This document shows positions 8,864 to 20,100 of a stretch of 64,000 bases of DNA, in pieces. This stretch comes from Propionivibrio sp. (GTDB taxonomy: Bacteria > Pseudomonadota > Gammaproteobacteria > Burkholderiales > Rhodocyclaceae). Positions within the stretch are counted from its first letter, which is position 1; every line of letters starts with the position of its first letter. Position numbers and translations under genes: made by a program. The notes below the pieces were generated by a model. The model had not been told where the DNA came from. It saw only the letters and a program-made list of their open reading frames with translations, and ran no database searches. The stretch covers positions 2,542-66,541 of the forward strand of contig NZ_JAGOIT010000002.1 of NCBI RefSeq assembly GCF_017995515.1, given 5' to 3'.

Positions 8864-10756
8864 ATGGATTCCATCTATCCACGCCGCGAGTCGGCGTTTG
8901 AACTTGGCTGCAATTACTGGCCGCGGCTTTCCGGCCCCCGCATGTGGCGCGACTTCGACGAAGCGCAGATCGCCGAAGAACTCGAGCTGATTCGCGCCTC
9001 GGGGATGACGACGGTGCGCGCTTTCTGTTTCTGGCCGGATTTCATGCCGACCAAAACCCGTGTTGAACCCGAAATGCTGGCCCGCCTCGAACGCTTCATG
9101 GCGCTTTGCCAGTCCGCAGGGGTCGGCGTATTCCTGACTCCCATCGTCGGCCACATGAGCGGCGAGAACTGGCCGCCGGCCTGGCTGGAAGATCCGGCGC
9201 ACCTCTATTTTGATGAAGAACTCCTGTCCATCCAGGCGTCCTACGTACGGACGATCGCCGCGACGGTCGCCGCCTGTCCCGCGCTGCGCGGCCACATCAT
9301 CAGCAATGAGATGCCCCTGTTCGCCGGCGTTGGCGAGCTGGCCACGGTCACCGCCTGGGCGAGGCGGCTTTATGCCGCGGTGCGTGCCGGCGATGCGGAT
9401 CACCCGATCTCGATCGGCGACGGCGTGTGGTCGCTGTGGGGCGAGCCGACCGGGTTCCGACCCGGCCACCCGCAGGACTTCCTTGGCCTGCACATGTATC
9501 CGAGCGAAACCGATCCGCTGCGTCACACCTTCCTGTTCGGGCTGAACGTGCGTATGGCGGCGATGTACGGCAAGCCGGTGCTGATGGAGGAATTCGGCGC
9601 GCAGCATACCGTTTTCGGCGAAAAGGAAATCGGCGGCTTCGTTAGCTCGGTGCTCTACGAGAGCTGGGCCAACGGTGCCACCGGCGCGCTGTGGTGGTGC
9701 AGCTTCGATTTTCCACTGCCGGACGATCTCCCCTACAGCCACCATCCGTTTGAGCTCAAGTTCGGCATGCACGATACGGATGGGCGCGCCAAGCCGGCGG
9801 CGCAGGCCTTTCACCGCTTCGCCACGGCCTTGCCGTTGCTCGACGGACTGAATCCGCAGCTGGCGCAGGTCGCGCATCTGATCCCGTCGTTTCTCAATAC
9901 CCGCTACCCGTTTTCATGGGATGACCTCGACGGCATGAAGCGCGGCCATCTGCAGGCGTTCACGCTGGCACGGCTGGCCGGCGCGCCGATCGGTACGCTG
10001 ATGGAGCCGGCCGATACGCGCGAGAACCGGAGCGCCGCCGTCCTCGACATCCCCGCCAATCTGCGCGCGATCCATGCCGGCGCGATCCACAAGCTTCGCT
10101 CGTCGAGCTGGCGCGAGATCGATCGATGGGTGCACGCCGGCGGCACCTTCGTGATGAGCTTCGACTTCAGCAGCAATGAAGTGCACGTCGGCACCTGGCA
10201 TCAGGATTTTCGGGGGTTCTTCGGCCTTGAGCCGCGCATGCGTTTTGGCTTGACCGAAGTCGCGCCGAAGTCGATGACGCTGACCCGGGACGTCGGCCGC
10301 TTGAAGGCAGGCATGACGATGCAGCTACCGGCATCCATCAATGCCTGGCACGGTACGCCGCTGATTGCCGACACTATCGATGCAGAAATCCACGCCGTCG
10401 ATGACCTCGGTCGTCCCTGCCTGTGGCGCACGCGTCGCGGCGAAGGGGCGGTCTGGCTGTTCGGGTTCCCGGTCGAGCATTCGCCGTCGTGGACCGATGA
10501 TGAATACTCCGCGCGAGCCGCGCTGTTGCGCGAGATTTTTGCCGGCGCCGGCGTGACCTTGCTGGAAGAACAAGCCCTTGGTGTGGTGGGCTGCGGCGAT
10601 GCCAATCGGCGGGTGTGGATGAACCATTCGTGGCAGCCGGTCAGCGTCAATCTGCCCGACGGCGCATGGACGTCGCTCGATGGCGCGGTTGTGGCCGGCA
10701 CTGTCACGCTCGCGGCAAAGGCGTTTGACGTATTTACCCGTTGTACGGAGAACTGA
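8864..10756 (+). CDS. Clan GH-A glycoside hydrolase, GH5-like (possible beta-mannosidase), with C-terminal accessory domains
   Basis: GGAGA RBS then ATG 8864. GCNYWPR, VRAFCFWPDF, VGHMSGENW, acid/base motif SNEMP and nucleophile motif LMEEFG. No signal peptide. Confidence 0.75.
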   Translation: MDSIYPRRESAFELGCNYWPRLSGPRMWRDFDEAQIAEELELIRASGMTTVRAFCFWPDFMPTKTRVEPEMLARLERFMALCQSAGVGVFLTPIVGHMSGENWPPAWLEDPAHLYFDEELLSIQASYVRTIAATVAACPALRGHIISNEMPLFAGVGELATVTAWARRLYAAVRAGDADHPISIGDGVWSLWGEPTGFRPGHPQDFLGLHMYPSETDPLRHTFLFGLNVRMAAMYGKPVLMEEFGAQHTVFGEKEIGGFVSSVLYESWANGATGALWWCSFDFPLPDDLPYSHHPFELKFGMHDTDGRAKPAAQAFHRFATALPLLDGLNPQLAQVAHLIPSFLNTRYPFSWDDLDGMKRGHLQAFTLARLAGAPIGTLMEPADTRENRSAAVLDIPANLRAIHAGAIHKLRSSSWREIDRWVHAGGTFVMSFDFSSNEVHVGTWHQDFRGFFGLEPRMRFGLTEVAPKSMTLTRDVGRLKAGMTMQLPASINAWHGTPLIADTIDAEIHAVDDLGRPCLWRTRRGEGAVWLFGFPVEHSPSWTDDEYSARAALLREIFAGAGVTLLEEQALGVVGCGDANRRVWMNHSWQPVSVNLPDGAWTSLDGAVVAGTVTLAAKAFDVFTRCTEN

Positions 10757-10757
10757 G

Positions 10758-11840
10758 ATGGCCAGCGTTGAGTTGATCAGGATTCGCAAGAGTTACGACA
10801 CGGCGGCAGAGGTGATCAAGGGCGTCGACCTTTCGGTAAAGGACGGCGAGTTCATGGTTTTCGTCGGCCCCTCCGGCTGTGGAAAATCGACCTTGCTGCG
10901 CATGATCGCCGGTCTCGAGGATATTTCCGGCGGCGAACTGCAGATCGAGAAGCGCCGCTGCAATTTCCTGCCGGCGTCGAAACGCGGTGTGGCAATGGTT
11001 TTCCAGAACTATGCGCTGTATCCGCACATGACCGTTTTCGACAACATGGCCTTCGCTTTGAAGCTTGCCGGCGTCAACAAGAACGAGGTGAAGACGCGGG
11101 TGCATAAGGCTGCGGCCATTCTCCGGCTCGAGGCGTTGCTGGAGCGAAAGCCGGCGGCGATGTCTGGCGGACAGCGCCAGCGCGTGGCGATCGGTCGGGC
11201 CATCGTGCGTAATCCCGGCGTCTTCCTGTTCGACGAACCGCTGTCCAACCTGGATGCCGCCCTGCGCGTCCAGATGCGCATCGAGATCGCTCGGCTGCAC
11301 AAGGAGTTGGGTACGACGATGGTTTACGTGACGCACGATCAGATGGAGGCCATGACGCTCGGCGATCGCATCGCGGTGTTCAACGAAGGCCGGATCGAAC
11401 AGGTCGGTGCGCCGCTTGAGCTTTATGAACAGCCTGCCAACCTGTTTGTCGCCGGCTTCATCGGATCGCCGAAGATGAACCTGATCGAGGCGCTGGCCGT
11501 TGACGGGGAGATTCGCTTTGGCACCGGCAGCAAAGTCGCGCTTCCCGTTGGCTTGCCGCTCGCCGCTGGCAAGTGCCATCTGGGAATTCGCCCCGAGCAT
11601 CTGGTGATCGGCGATGCCTCAACGCCGGGCATCGACGCCATGCTCGTTTTTGTCGAGCAGTTGGGCGATGCCACCTTGCTTTACGTTCAGGTCGACGGCA
11701 TCGAGGAAACCCTGACCGCGCGCCAGCAAGGCATCGTGCGCAACCTGGAAACCGGCGAGCGAGTACGATTGTCCGTGTTGCCGGAGTATCTGCATCTGTT
11801 TGACGCGAGCGGCAAGCGCGTCGGCAGAGCCCGTCTCTGA
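10758..11840 (+). CDS. Sugar ABC transporter ATP-binding protein (MalK/MsmX family)
   Basis: Walker A GPSGCGKST, signature MSGGQRQRVA, Walker B FLFDEP, YVTHDQ, C-terminal TOBE GIRPEH. Confidence 0.96.
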   Translation: MASVELIRIRKSYDTAAEVIKGVDLSVKDGEFMVFVGPSGCGKSTLLRMIAGLEDISGGELQIEKRRCNFLPASKRGVAMVFQNYALYPHMTVFDNMAFALKLAGVNKNEVKTRVHKAAAILRLEALLERKPAAMSGGQRQRVAIGRAIVRNPGVFLFDEPLSNLDAALRVQMRIEIARLHKELGTTMVYVTHDQMEAMTLGDRIAVFNEGRIEQVGAPLELYEQPANLFVAGFIGSPKMNLIEALAVDGEIRFGTGSKVALPVGLPLAAGKCHLGIRPEHLVIGDASTPGIDAMLVFVEQLGDATLLYVQVDGIEETLTARQQGIVRNLETGERVRLSVLPEYLHLFDASGKRVGRARL

Positions 11841-11871
11841 CAAGGCGGCCAGCCCGACAAACAAGCTTGCC

Positions 11872-12097
11872 GACAAGTGCACGCGCCACTTGGTCAGCGC
11901 CACGCGCTTCGTGATCACCCGAAGCGCGCTACAAGGCCGGTATCAAGGAAGCGCGCGGCTGGCTCGCCGATACCTTCGATCTCGCCGAACAGCACTTCTG
12001 GGAAGCGGCGGCGCAGCTTTACGCCGCCGACGAGGCCGGCCCGGACTGGAAGACGCCCTCCAGCCGCAGGCAGAATGCCAACATGCACGCCTGCGAA
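11872..12097 (+). pseudogene. Relic of an AGE-family epimerase/isomerase (D-mannose-isomerase-like)
   Basis: Two fragments in different frames: TRHLVSATRFVIT (11881-11919) and KAGIKEARGWLADTFDLAEQHFW...LYAADEAGPDW...RQNANMHACE (11933-12097). No start codon or RBS. Confidence 0.8.
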
Positions 12098-12149
12098 GTC
12101 GACTTGCTGCGCGCTCTGGGCGAACTTGAAAATGGGTGGCTGTGGCGGG

Positions 12150-12698
12150 CTACTCTTCGTTCGCGGAGCTTTCCGGGGTGGAGGCACCGCGATCTGCCTC
12201 CACCGCGTTCTCCAACTCCTTGAGCCGCTGGAAAAGCGCGCGGTAGCTGCGCGGCGGCTTGTTTTGTTCCTGCTCCTTGAGCGCTGCGCGCCGCAGCGAG
12301 CGCAAGTGCTGCAGGTCGACGCCGGGGTAGCGTTGCGCGATTTCGTGCACGGCCTTTTCGTCGGCCAGAAAATCGGCGCGCAGGCGCTCCAGACGGTGCA
12401 GCTTGGCCGTTTCGCCGGCCGACTCGCCGCGCACCAGCGCCAGCGCAGCGCAAATCGGTTCGACATCGACGCTGCGCATCAGCTTGCCGATGTACTGCAT
12501 CTGGCGGCGCCTGGCTTCGTCGTGCCGTGTCATGCGTTGCGCTTCGCTGACGGCGCTGCGCAGATCGTCGGGGATATCGATGCGCTTGACCTGGTCGGCC
12601 GCGAGCGCGACCAACTCCTCGCCGAGCGCCTGCAATTCCTCCATGGCTTGCTTGCGTTTTGTTTTCGAGAGCGGGAGGTCGTCGTCGGGTGTAGTCAT
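12150..12698 (-). CDS. yjgA: Ribosome biogenesis factor YjgA/DarP (DUF615)
   Basis: SKTKRKQAMEELQALGEELV, RRRQMQYIGKLMR, LHRLERLRADFL; divergent from pmbA, the usual arrangement. Confidence 0.93.
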   Translation of the reverse strand: MTTPDDDLPLSKTKRKQAMEELQALGEELVALAADQVKRIDIPDDLRSAVSEAQRMTRHDEARRRQMQYIGKLMRSVDVEPICAALALVRGESAGETAKLHRLERLRADFLADEKAVHEIAQRYPGVDLQHLRSLRRAALKEQEQNKPPRSYRALFQRLKELENAVEADRGASTPESSANEE

Positions 12699-12786
12699 CG
12701 GTGGCGTCGGGGCTGGGGGTGGGCGGCCGGGATGGCCGGAAGGGAACTGCTATGATAACGACTTTCCACGCACCGATCGTTACCCC

Positions 12787-14160
12787 ATGTCGCGAACTCC
12801 TCCTTCCCCGGTCTCCGAATCGCGCTTCAGCCATCCGCTGGAGACCTTGCAGCAATTGGCGCAGGACGTTCTCGCGCATGCGAAGCATCTCGGTGCGAGC
12901 GACTGCGAGGTCGACGTCTCCGAAGGCTTCGGGCAATCGGTCACCGTGCGTTGCGACGAGGTCGAGACGATCGAGTACAACCGCGACAAGGGGATCGGCA
13001 TCACGGTCTATCTCGGGCAGCAGAAAGGGCACGCGAGCACGTCGGATTTTTCCGCATCGGCGTTGCGCGAGACGGTCGAGGCCGCGCTCAGCATCGCCCG
13101 CTTCACCGCGCCCGACCCGTGCGCCGGCCTGCCCGGGCCGGAGTTGCTGGCGACGCGTGAGCAGGCGTTCGCCGACCTCGATCTCTATCATCCGTGGACC
13201 GTTTCTGTCGACGAGAGCGTCGATCTGGCGCGGCGCTGCGAGCAGGCCGCGTTTGCCGTCAGCCCGGAAGTGACCAACTCGGAAGGAGCGACCGTCTCGA
13301 TTCAGGAGGGGCATTTCATCTCGGCCAACAGCCTCGGCTTCATGGGCGGCTACCCGACCTCGCGCCACTACCTCGCGTGTTCGGTGATCGCCGGCAAGGA
13401 CGAGACCATGCAGCGCGACGACTGGTATTCGACGGCGCGTGACGCACGCAATATCGCGACGCCCGAGGAAATCGGCGACTACGCGGCACGACGTGCGTTG
13501 GCGCGTCTGGGTGCGCGCAAGATCAAGACCTGCAAGGTGCCGGTGCTGTTCGAGGCACCGCTCGCTTCGTCGCTGATCGGCAACTTTGTACACTCGGTAA
13601 GTGGCGGCAGCCTTTACCGCAAGGCGACTTTTTTGGTGGATAGCCTGGGCAAGCCGGTGTTCTCGAAAAACGTGAAGATCAGCGAGCAGCCGCATCTGCC
13701 CGGCGGCCTGTCGAGCAGCACGTTCGACAGCGACGGCGTGGCGACGCGCGAGCGCGAGGTGGTCGTCGACGGCGTGTTGAACGGCTACTTCCTGAGCGCC
13801 TATTCGGCGCGCAAGCTGGGCATGCAATCGACCGGCAACGCCGGCGGCTGCCACAACCTGGTCGTCAAACCGGGCCGTCACAACTTCGAAGCGCTGCTCA
13901 AGAAGATGGGCCGCGGCCTTGTCGTCACCGAACTGCTCGGCCAGGGCGTCAATTACGTGAACGGCGACTACTCGCGCGGCGCCGCCGGCTTCTGGGTCGA
14001 GGACGGAAAGATCGTGCATGCGGTCGAGGAAATCACCATCGCCGGCAATCTGCGCGACATGTTCCGCCACGTCGCCGCGGTCGGCAATGACGTGCTGGTG
14101 CGCGGATCGAAGCAGGTCGGTTCGCTGCTCATCGAGCAGATGAAGGTCGCCGGCAACTGA
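12787..14160 (+). CDS. pmbA: Metalloprotease PmbA/TldE
   Basis: EYNRDKGIGITVY, KGHASTSDFS, FDSDGV, VTELLGQGVN, GDYSRGAAGFWVE, EITIAGNL; start taken at ATG 12787. Confidence 0.95.
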   Translation: MSRTPPSPVSESRFSHPLETLQQLAQDVLAHAKHLGASDCEVDVSEGFGQSVTVRCDEVETIEYNRDKGIGITVYLGQQKGHASTSDFSASALRETVEAALSIARFTAPDPCAGLPGPELLATREQAFADLDLYHPWTVSVDESVDLARRCEQAAFAVSPEVTNSEGATVSIQEGHFISANSLGFMGGYPTSRHYLACSVIAGKDETMQRDDWYSTARDARNIATPEEIGDYAARRALARLGARKIKTCKVPVLFEAPLASSLIGNFVHSVSGGSLYRKATFLVDSLGKPVFSKNVKISEQPHLPGGLSSSTFDSDGVATREREVVVDGVLNGYFLSAYSARKLGMQSTGNAGGCHNLVVKPGRHNFEALLKKMGRGLVVTELLGQGVNYVNGDYSRGAAGFWVEDGKIVHAVEEITIAGNLRDMFRHVAAVGNDVLVRGSKQVGSLLIEQMKVAGN

Positions 14161-14191
14161 GCGCGGCCAGCGACGCGCCGCAAACGACGCC

Positions 14192-14803
14192 ATGACCCGA
14201 ATCTGCTTTGCCCGTCACGGTGAGACGGACTGGAATATCGAACTGCGCATGCAGGGCCACGTCGACATCCCCCTGAACGCGACCGGGCTGGCGCAAGCTG
14301 CGGCCTTGGGTCGGCGCTTTGCCGCAGGCATGGAAGCCGCAGCGATCTACAGCAGCGATTTGCTGCGTGCGCGGCAGACCGCGCAGCCGATCGCCGAGGC
14401 GCTCGGCTTGCCGGTCGTTCCTCTCGCCGGTTTGCGCGAGCGCAGTTTCGGCCGCTGCGAGGGGCTTGTCATCGCCGAGATCCTCGAACGCTTTCCCGAA
14501 GAAGGTCTGGCCATGAAGCGCCGCGACGCCGACCACGTGCCGCAGGGCGGCGAGAGCCGCCGCCAGCATCAGGAGCGCATTCGTGCCTGCGTGCGCGAAT
14601 TGGCTGGTTGTCATGCTGAACAATCGTTGGTTGTTGTGACGCATGGCGGTGTGCTCGATGTTGTTTATCGAATCGCTACCGGCCTGCCGATCGAGGCGCC
14701 GCGCAACTATCCGATCGGAAATGCCGGCATCAACTGGGTGCGCGTCGAGGGCGAACAGTGGGCGATCGAGTCCTGGGGCGAGGTCGCTCACCTGAGCGAA
14801 TAA
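14192..14803 (+). CDS. Histidine phosphatase family protein (GpmB/CobC-like)
   Basis: RHGETDWN, SSDLLRARQTA, LRERSFG, VVTHGGVL. Confidence 0.92.
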   Translation: MTRICFARHGETDWNIELRMQGHVDIPLNATGLAQAAALGRRFAAGMEAAAIYSSDLLRARQTAQPIAEALGLPVVPLAGLRERSFGRCEGLVIAEILERFPEEGLAMKRRDADHVPQGGESRRQHQERIRACVRELAGCHAEQSLVVVTHGGVLDVVYRIATGLPIEAPRNYPIGNAGINWVRVEGEQWAIESWGEVAHLSE

Positions 14804-14879
14804 CTTGCGTTCCGGCCAAATTCCGCTATTGGGCTGCATGCTATAATCGCCCTCTTTTCAACGGCTTGTGAGGCAAACG

Positions 14880-16130
14880 ATGTTTTCAGCGAAAGACACC
14901 CTGGCTAAAGTTGATCCGGAACTCTGGAAGGCGATTGAAAGCGAAAATCATCGTCAGGAAGAGCACATCGAACTGATCGCCTCCGAGAACTACGTGAGCA
15001 AGGCGGTCATGGAAGCGCAGGGCTCGCAACTGACCAACAAGTATGCCGAAGGTTATCCGGGCAAGCGCTACTACGGTGGTTGCGAGCACGTCGATGTGGC
15101 TGAGTCGATTGCCATCGACCGGCTAAAGAAACTGTTCGGCGCCGACTGCGCGAACGTGCAGCCGAACTCCGGTTCGCAGGCCAACCAGGCAGTGCTGATG
15201 GCCTTCGCCAAGCCGGGCGATACGATCATGGGCATGAGCCTGTCGGAAGGCGGCCACCTGACGCACGGCATGCCGCTGAACATGTCGGGCAAGTGGTTCA
15301 ACGTCGTCGCCTACGGTCTCAACGAGAAGGAAGAGATCGATTACCCGAAGATGGAAGCGCTGGCGCGTGAGCACAAGCCGAAGATCATCATCGCCGGCGC
15401 CTCGGCCTACTCGCTGCGTATCGACTTCGAGCGTTTCGCCAAGATCGCCAAGGAAGTCGGCGCGATCTTCTGGGTCGACATGGCGCACTACGCCGGCCTG
15501 ATCGCTGCCGGTTGCTATCCGAATCCGGTGCCTTTCGCCGACGTCGTGACCTCGACGACGCACAAGACGCTGCGCGGCCCGCGCGGCGGCGTCATCCTGA
15601 TGAAGGCCGAGCACGAGAAGGCCATCAATTCCGCCATCTTCCCCGGCCTGCAAGGCGGCCCGCTGATGCATGTGATCGCCGCCAAGGCCGTCGCGTTCAA
15701 GGAAGCTGCGTCGCCCGAGTTCCGCGCCTACCAGGAACAGGTCGTCGCCAACGCCCGCGTGCTCTCGCGCGTGCTGTCGGAAGAGCGCGGCCTGCGCATC
15801 GTTTCGGGCCGTACCGAATCGCACGTCTTCCTGATCGACCTGCGCGCCAAGAACATCACCGGCAAGGAAGCCGAAGCAGCGCTCGGCCGTGCGCACATCA
15901 CGGTGAACAAGAACGGCATCCCGAACGATCCGCAGAAGCCGATGGTTACCTCCGGCATCCGCATCGGCACGCCGGCGATGACGACGCGCGGCTTCACCGA
16001 GATCGAAGCCGAGGAAGTCGCGCACCTGATCGCAGACGTGCTCGACGCACCGAACGACGAAGCCGTGCTTGAGCGCGTGCGCAAGCAGGTTTCCGTACTC
16101 TGCAAGAAGTTCCCCGTTTACGGTGCCTAA
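14880..16130 (+). CDS. glyA: Serine hydroxymethyltransferase
   Basis: [46 protein letters not shown]; TATAAT at 14842-14847 upstream. Confidence 0.99.
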   Translation: MFSAKDTLAKVDPELWKAIESENHRQEEHIELIASENYVSKAVMEAQGSQLTNKYAEGYPGKRYYGGCEHVDVAESIAIDRLKKLFGADCANVQPNSGSQANQAVLMAFAKPGDTIMGMSLSEGGHLTHGMPLNMSGKWFNVVAYGLNEKEEIDYPKMEALAREHKPKIIIAGASAYSLRIDFERFAKIAKEVGAIFWVDMAHYAGLIAAGCYPNPVPFADVVTSTTHKTLRGPRGGVILMKAEHEKAINSAIFPGLQGGPLMHVIAAKAVAFKEAASPEFRAYQEQVVANARVLSRVLSEERGLRIVSGRTESHVFLIDLRAKNITGKEAEAALGRAHITVNKNGIPNDPQKPMVTSGIRIGTPAMTTRGFTEIEAEEVAHLIADVLDAPNDEAVLERVRKQVSVLCKKFPVYGA

Positions 16131-16136
16131 GCTGCA

Positions 16137-16607
16137 ATGAAATGCCCGTTCTGCGGCGCGTCCGAAACGACGGTCGCTGATACGCGAATCAACGACGACG
16201 GAGACATCGTTCGCCGTCGTCGTCGTTGCATGACCTGCGACAAGCGGTTTTCGACCTATGAGCGCGCAGAGATCCGCTTGCCGCAGGTGGTCAAAAAGAA
16301 CGGCCTGCGCGTTGAGTTCGACCGCGAAAAACTTTCCGCCAGTCTCTGGTTGGCATTGCGCAAACGGCCGGTAACGGTGGAGGCGGTCGATGCCTCGGTC
16401 GCACGGATTGAAGAGAAGTTGCTGACGCTCGGCGAGCGCGAAATTCCCTCGGAAAAGATCGGCGAGATGGTCATGCAGGAACTGAAGAAGATCGACAAGG
16501 TGGCGTACGTGCGCTTCGCCTCGGTCTATCGCAATTTCGAAGACGTGGACGCGTTTTCCGATCTGGTGCGCGAAGTCTCGCTTCCGGCCCCGCGGCGCGG
16601 CCGCTAG
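16137..16607 (+). CDS. nrdR: Transcriptional repressor NrdR
   Basis: MKCPFC, RRRRRC..C.KRFSTYE, ATP cone, [10 protein letters not shown]. Confidence 0.98.
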   Translation: MKCPFCGASETTVADTRINDDGDIVRRRRRCMTCDKRFSTYERAEIRLPQVVKKNGLRVEFDREKLSASLWLALRKRPVTVEAVDASVARIEEKLLTLGEREIPSEKIGEMVMQELKKIDKVAYVRFASVYRNFEDVDAFSDLVREVSLPAPRRGR

Positions 16608-16614
16608 TTTTCAA

Positions 16615-17715
16615 GTGTTCAGCGCCGCCGATCACGAGTTCATGGCGCAGGCGCTACGCCTTGCCGAGCGCGGGCTGTATACCACCACCCCGAATCCGCG
16701 CGTCGGCTGCGTCATCGTCAAAGACGGCAAGGTTGTCGGCGAAGGTTGGCATCAAAAAGCGGGCGAAGCACACGCCGAGGTCCACGCGCTGCGCGCCGCC
16801 GGTGAGGGCGCACGGGGCGCGACAGTCTACGTGACGCTCGAACCCTGTAGCCACCATGGCCGCACGCCGCCCTGTGCCGATGCGTTGGTCGCTGCCGGCG
16901 TGGCGCGCGTCGTCGCAGCCATGCAAGACCCCAATCCCCAGGTTGCCGGACGAGGAATCACGCGCCTGCAGGCGGCGGGTGTCGTCGCCGAATGCGGTCT
17001 GCTTGAGGCCGAAGCGCGCGAACTCAACATCGGTTTCGTCGCGCGCATGACGCGCGGACGGCCGTGGCTGCGCCTGAAGGTGGCGGCCAGCCTGGACGGA
17101 AAGACGGCGCTCGAGAACGGCGTCAGCCAATGGATCACCGGGCCGGCGGCGCGCCAGGACGGCCATCGCTGGCGTGCCCGCGCTTGCGCCATCCTGAGCG
17201 GTATCGGAACGGTGCGTGACGATGATCCTCGACTCAATGTGCGCGGCGTTCAGACCTCTCGCCAACCGGTCAAGGTCATCGTCGACAGCCGGCTTGCCTT
17301 GAGCCTCAATGCGAAGTTGCTGGATGCTGGCGAAGTGATTGTCGCGACGGCCTGCGAGGATCGGGCAAGAATGGACGCGCTGCGCGGCGTCGGCGCGGAT
17401 ATCCTGCATTTGCCGGACGCCAATGGAAAGGTCGATCTATCGGCGTTGCTGCAGGAACTCGGACGGCGCGGCGTCAACGAATTGCACGTCGAAGGGGGCG
17501 GGCGACTCAACGGAACCCTGGTTGATGCCGGTTTGATCGACGAACTGCTGCTTTACCTGGCGCCCTGCCTGATCGGCGATGTTGCTCGCGGGATGTTCAG
17601 CCTGCCGGCGCTGGCGTCGCTCGAAGAAAAGAAATGTTTGGCCATTCGCGACGCGCGCATGGTCGGCAGCGACCTGCGCATTCTGGCGCGTCTGAATAGC
17701 GTTATGGGCGGATAA
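16615..17715 (+). CDS. ribD: Bifunctional riboflavin deaminase/reductase RibD
   Basis: PNPRVGCVIV, HAEVHAL, TLEPCSHHGRTPPC, SLDGKTA, LHVEGG; GTG start. Confidence 0.97.
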   Translation: MFSAADHEFMAQALRLAERGLYTTTPNPRVGCVIVKDGKVVGEGWHQKAGEAHAEVHALRAAGEGARGATVYVTLEPCSHHGRTPPCADALVAAGVARVVAAMQDPNPQVAGRGITRLQAAGVVAECGLLEAEARELNIGFVARMTRGRPWLRLKVAASLDGKTALENGVSQWITGPAARQDGHRWRARACAILSGIGTVRDDDPRLNVRGVQTSRQPVKVIVDSRLALSLNAKLLDAGEVIVATACEDRARMDALRGVGADILHLPDANGKVDLSALLQELGRRGVNELHVEGGGRLNGTLVDAGLIDELLLYLAPCLIGDVARGMFSLPALASLEEKKCLAIRDARMVGSDLRILARLNSVMGG

Positions 17716-17745
17716 AGAAAAAGCCAGCGCAAGGCTGGCTTCTTC
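17714..17745. terminator. Bidirectional intrinsic terminator between ribD and tRNA-Ile
   Basis: Stem AAGCCAGC/GCTGGCTT with a 5-nt loop; A-tract on the left gives a U-tract for the minus-strand tRNA transcript. Confidence 0.75.
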
Positions 17746-17749
17746 GAAT

Positions 17750-18032
17750 TGGTGGGCCTCCCGTGAGTCGAACACGGCACCAACGGATTCTGGTTTGTGT
17801 GGCTTTCGCCACTCCCCGGACTATGCCTTCACCATCGCTTTCGCCTTAGGTGGGTGCCGTCTAGTCTCTACACCTTCAACAGCACTTTCGTGCTGAAGCT
17901 TGGCTCGGCGTTGCCATCCGCATCGCTGCGCTTAGGTTTCGCCGAATTTGACACCATCCCATACGCAGTTTCCAAACGTATGGCACAAATTTTATGAGTC
18001 CGCTGCTCTAACCAAGCATGAGCTAGAGGCCC
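17750..18032 (-). tRNA. ileX: tRNA-Ile2 (anticodon CAT), split by a group I intron: exon 1 18032-17994, exon 2 17789-17750
   Basis: The spliced sequence forms a full cloverleaf: acceptor GGGCCTC/GAGGCCC+ACCA, D stem GCTC/GAGC, anticodon stem GCGGA/TCCGT with loop CTCATAA, T arm CCGTG-TTCGACT-CACGG. TAGAAT -10 at 18042-18047. Ile2 rather than Met is inferred from the position after rpoD and from the Azoarcus precedent. Confidence 0.93.
17790..17993 (-). ncRNA. Group I self-splicing intron (IC3, Azoarcus tRNA-Ile type), 204 nt, no ORF
   Basis: Inserted directly 3' of the anticodon CAU. IGS GUG pairs with CAU (U.G at the 5' splice site) and the intron ends in G. P3 GGUGUC/GGCACC, P4 UCGGCG/CGCCGA, P7 GACUA/UAGUC, P9 GUGGC-GAAA-GCCAC, L2 GAAA. 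Confidence 0.95.
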
Positions 18033-18105
18033 GAAACCGCGATTCTACCGGGACTTCGCCGGCTTTGACGAAGAATTCGGACGGTATCGGTAAATCGTTC
18101 TGCCA

Positions 18106-20055
<1,950 letters not shown>

Positions 20056-20100
20056 GACCAAGTCCCGGTTAGCGTTAAACTGGAAAAACCCTAGATTTTA

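Noticed and set aside
12019-14193. 724-aa minus-strand ORF
   Set aside because: Antisense to pmbA and out of frame over yjgA; no motifs.
17750-17760. tRNA 3' end as an integration site for a genomic island
   Set aside because: No integrase and no duplicated tRNA 3' fragment found in the window; ribD follows directly.
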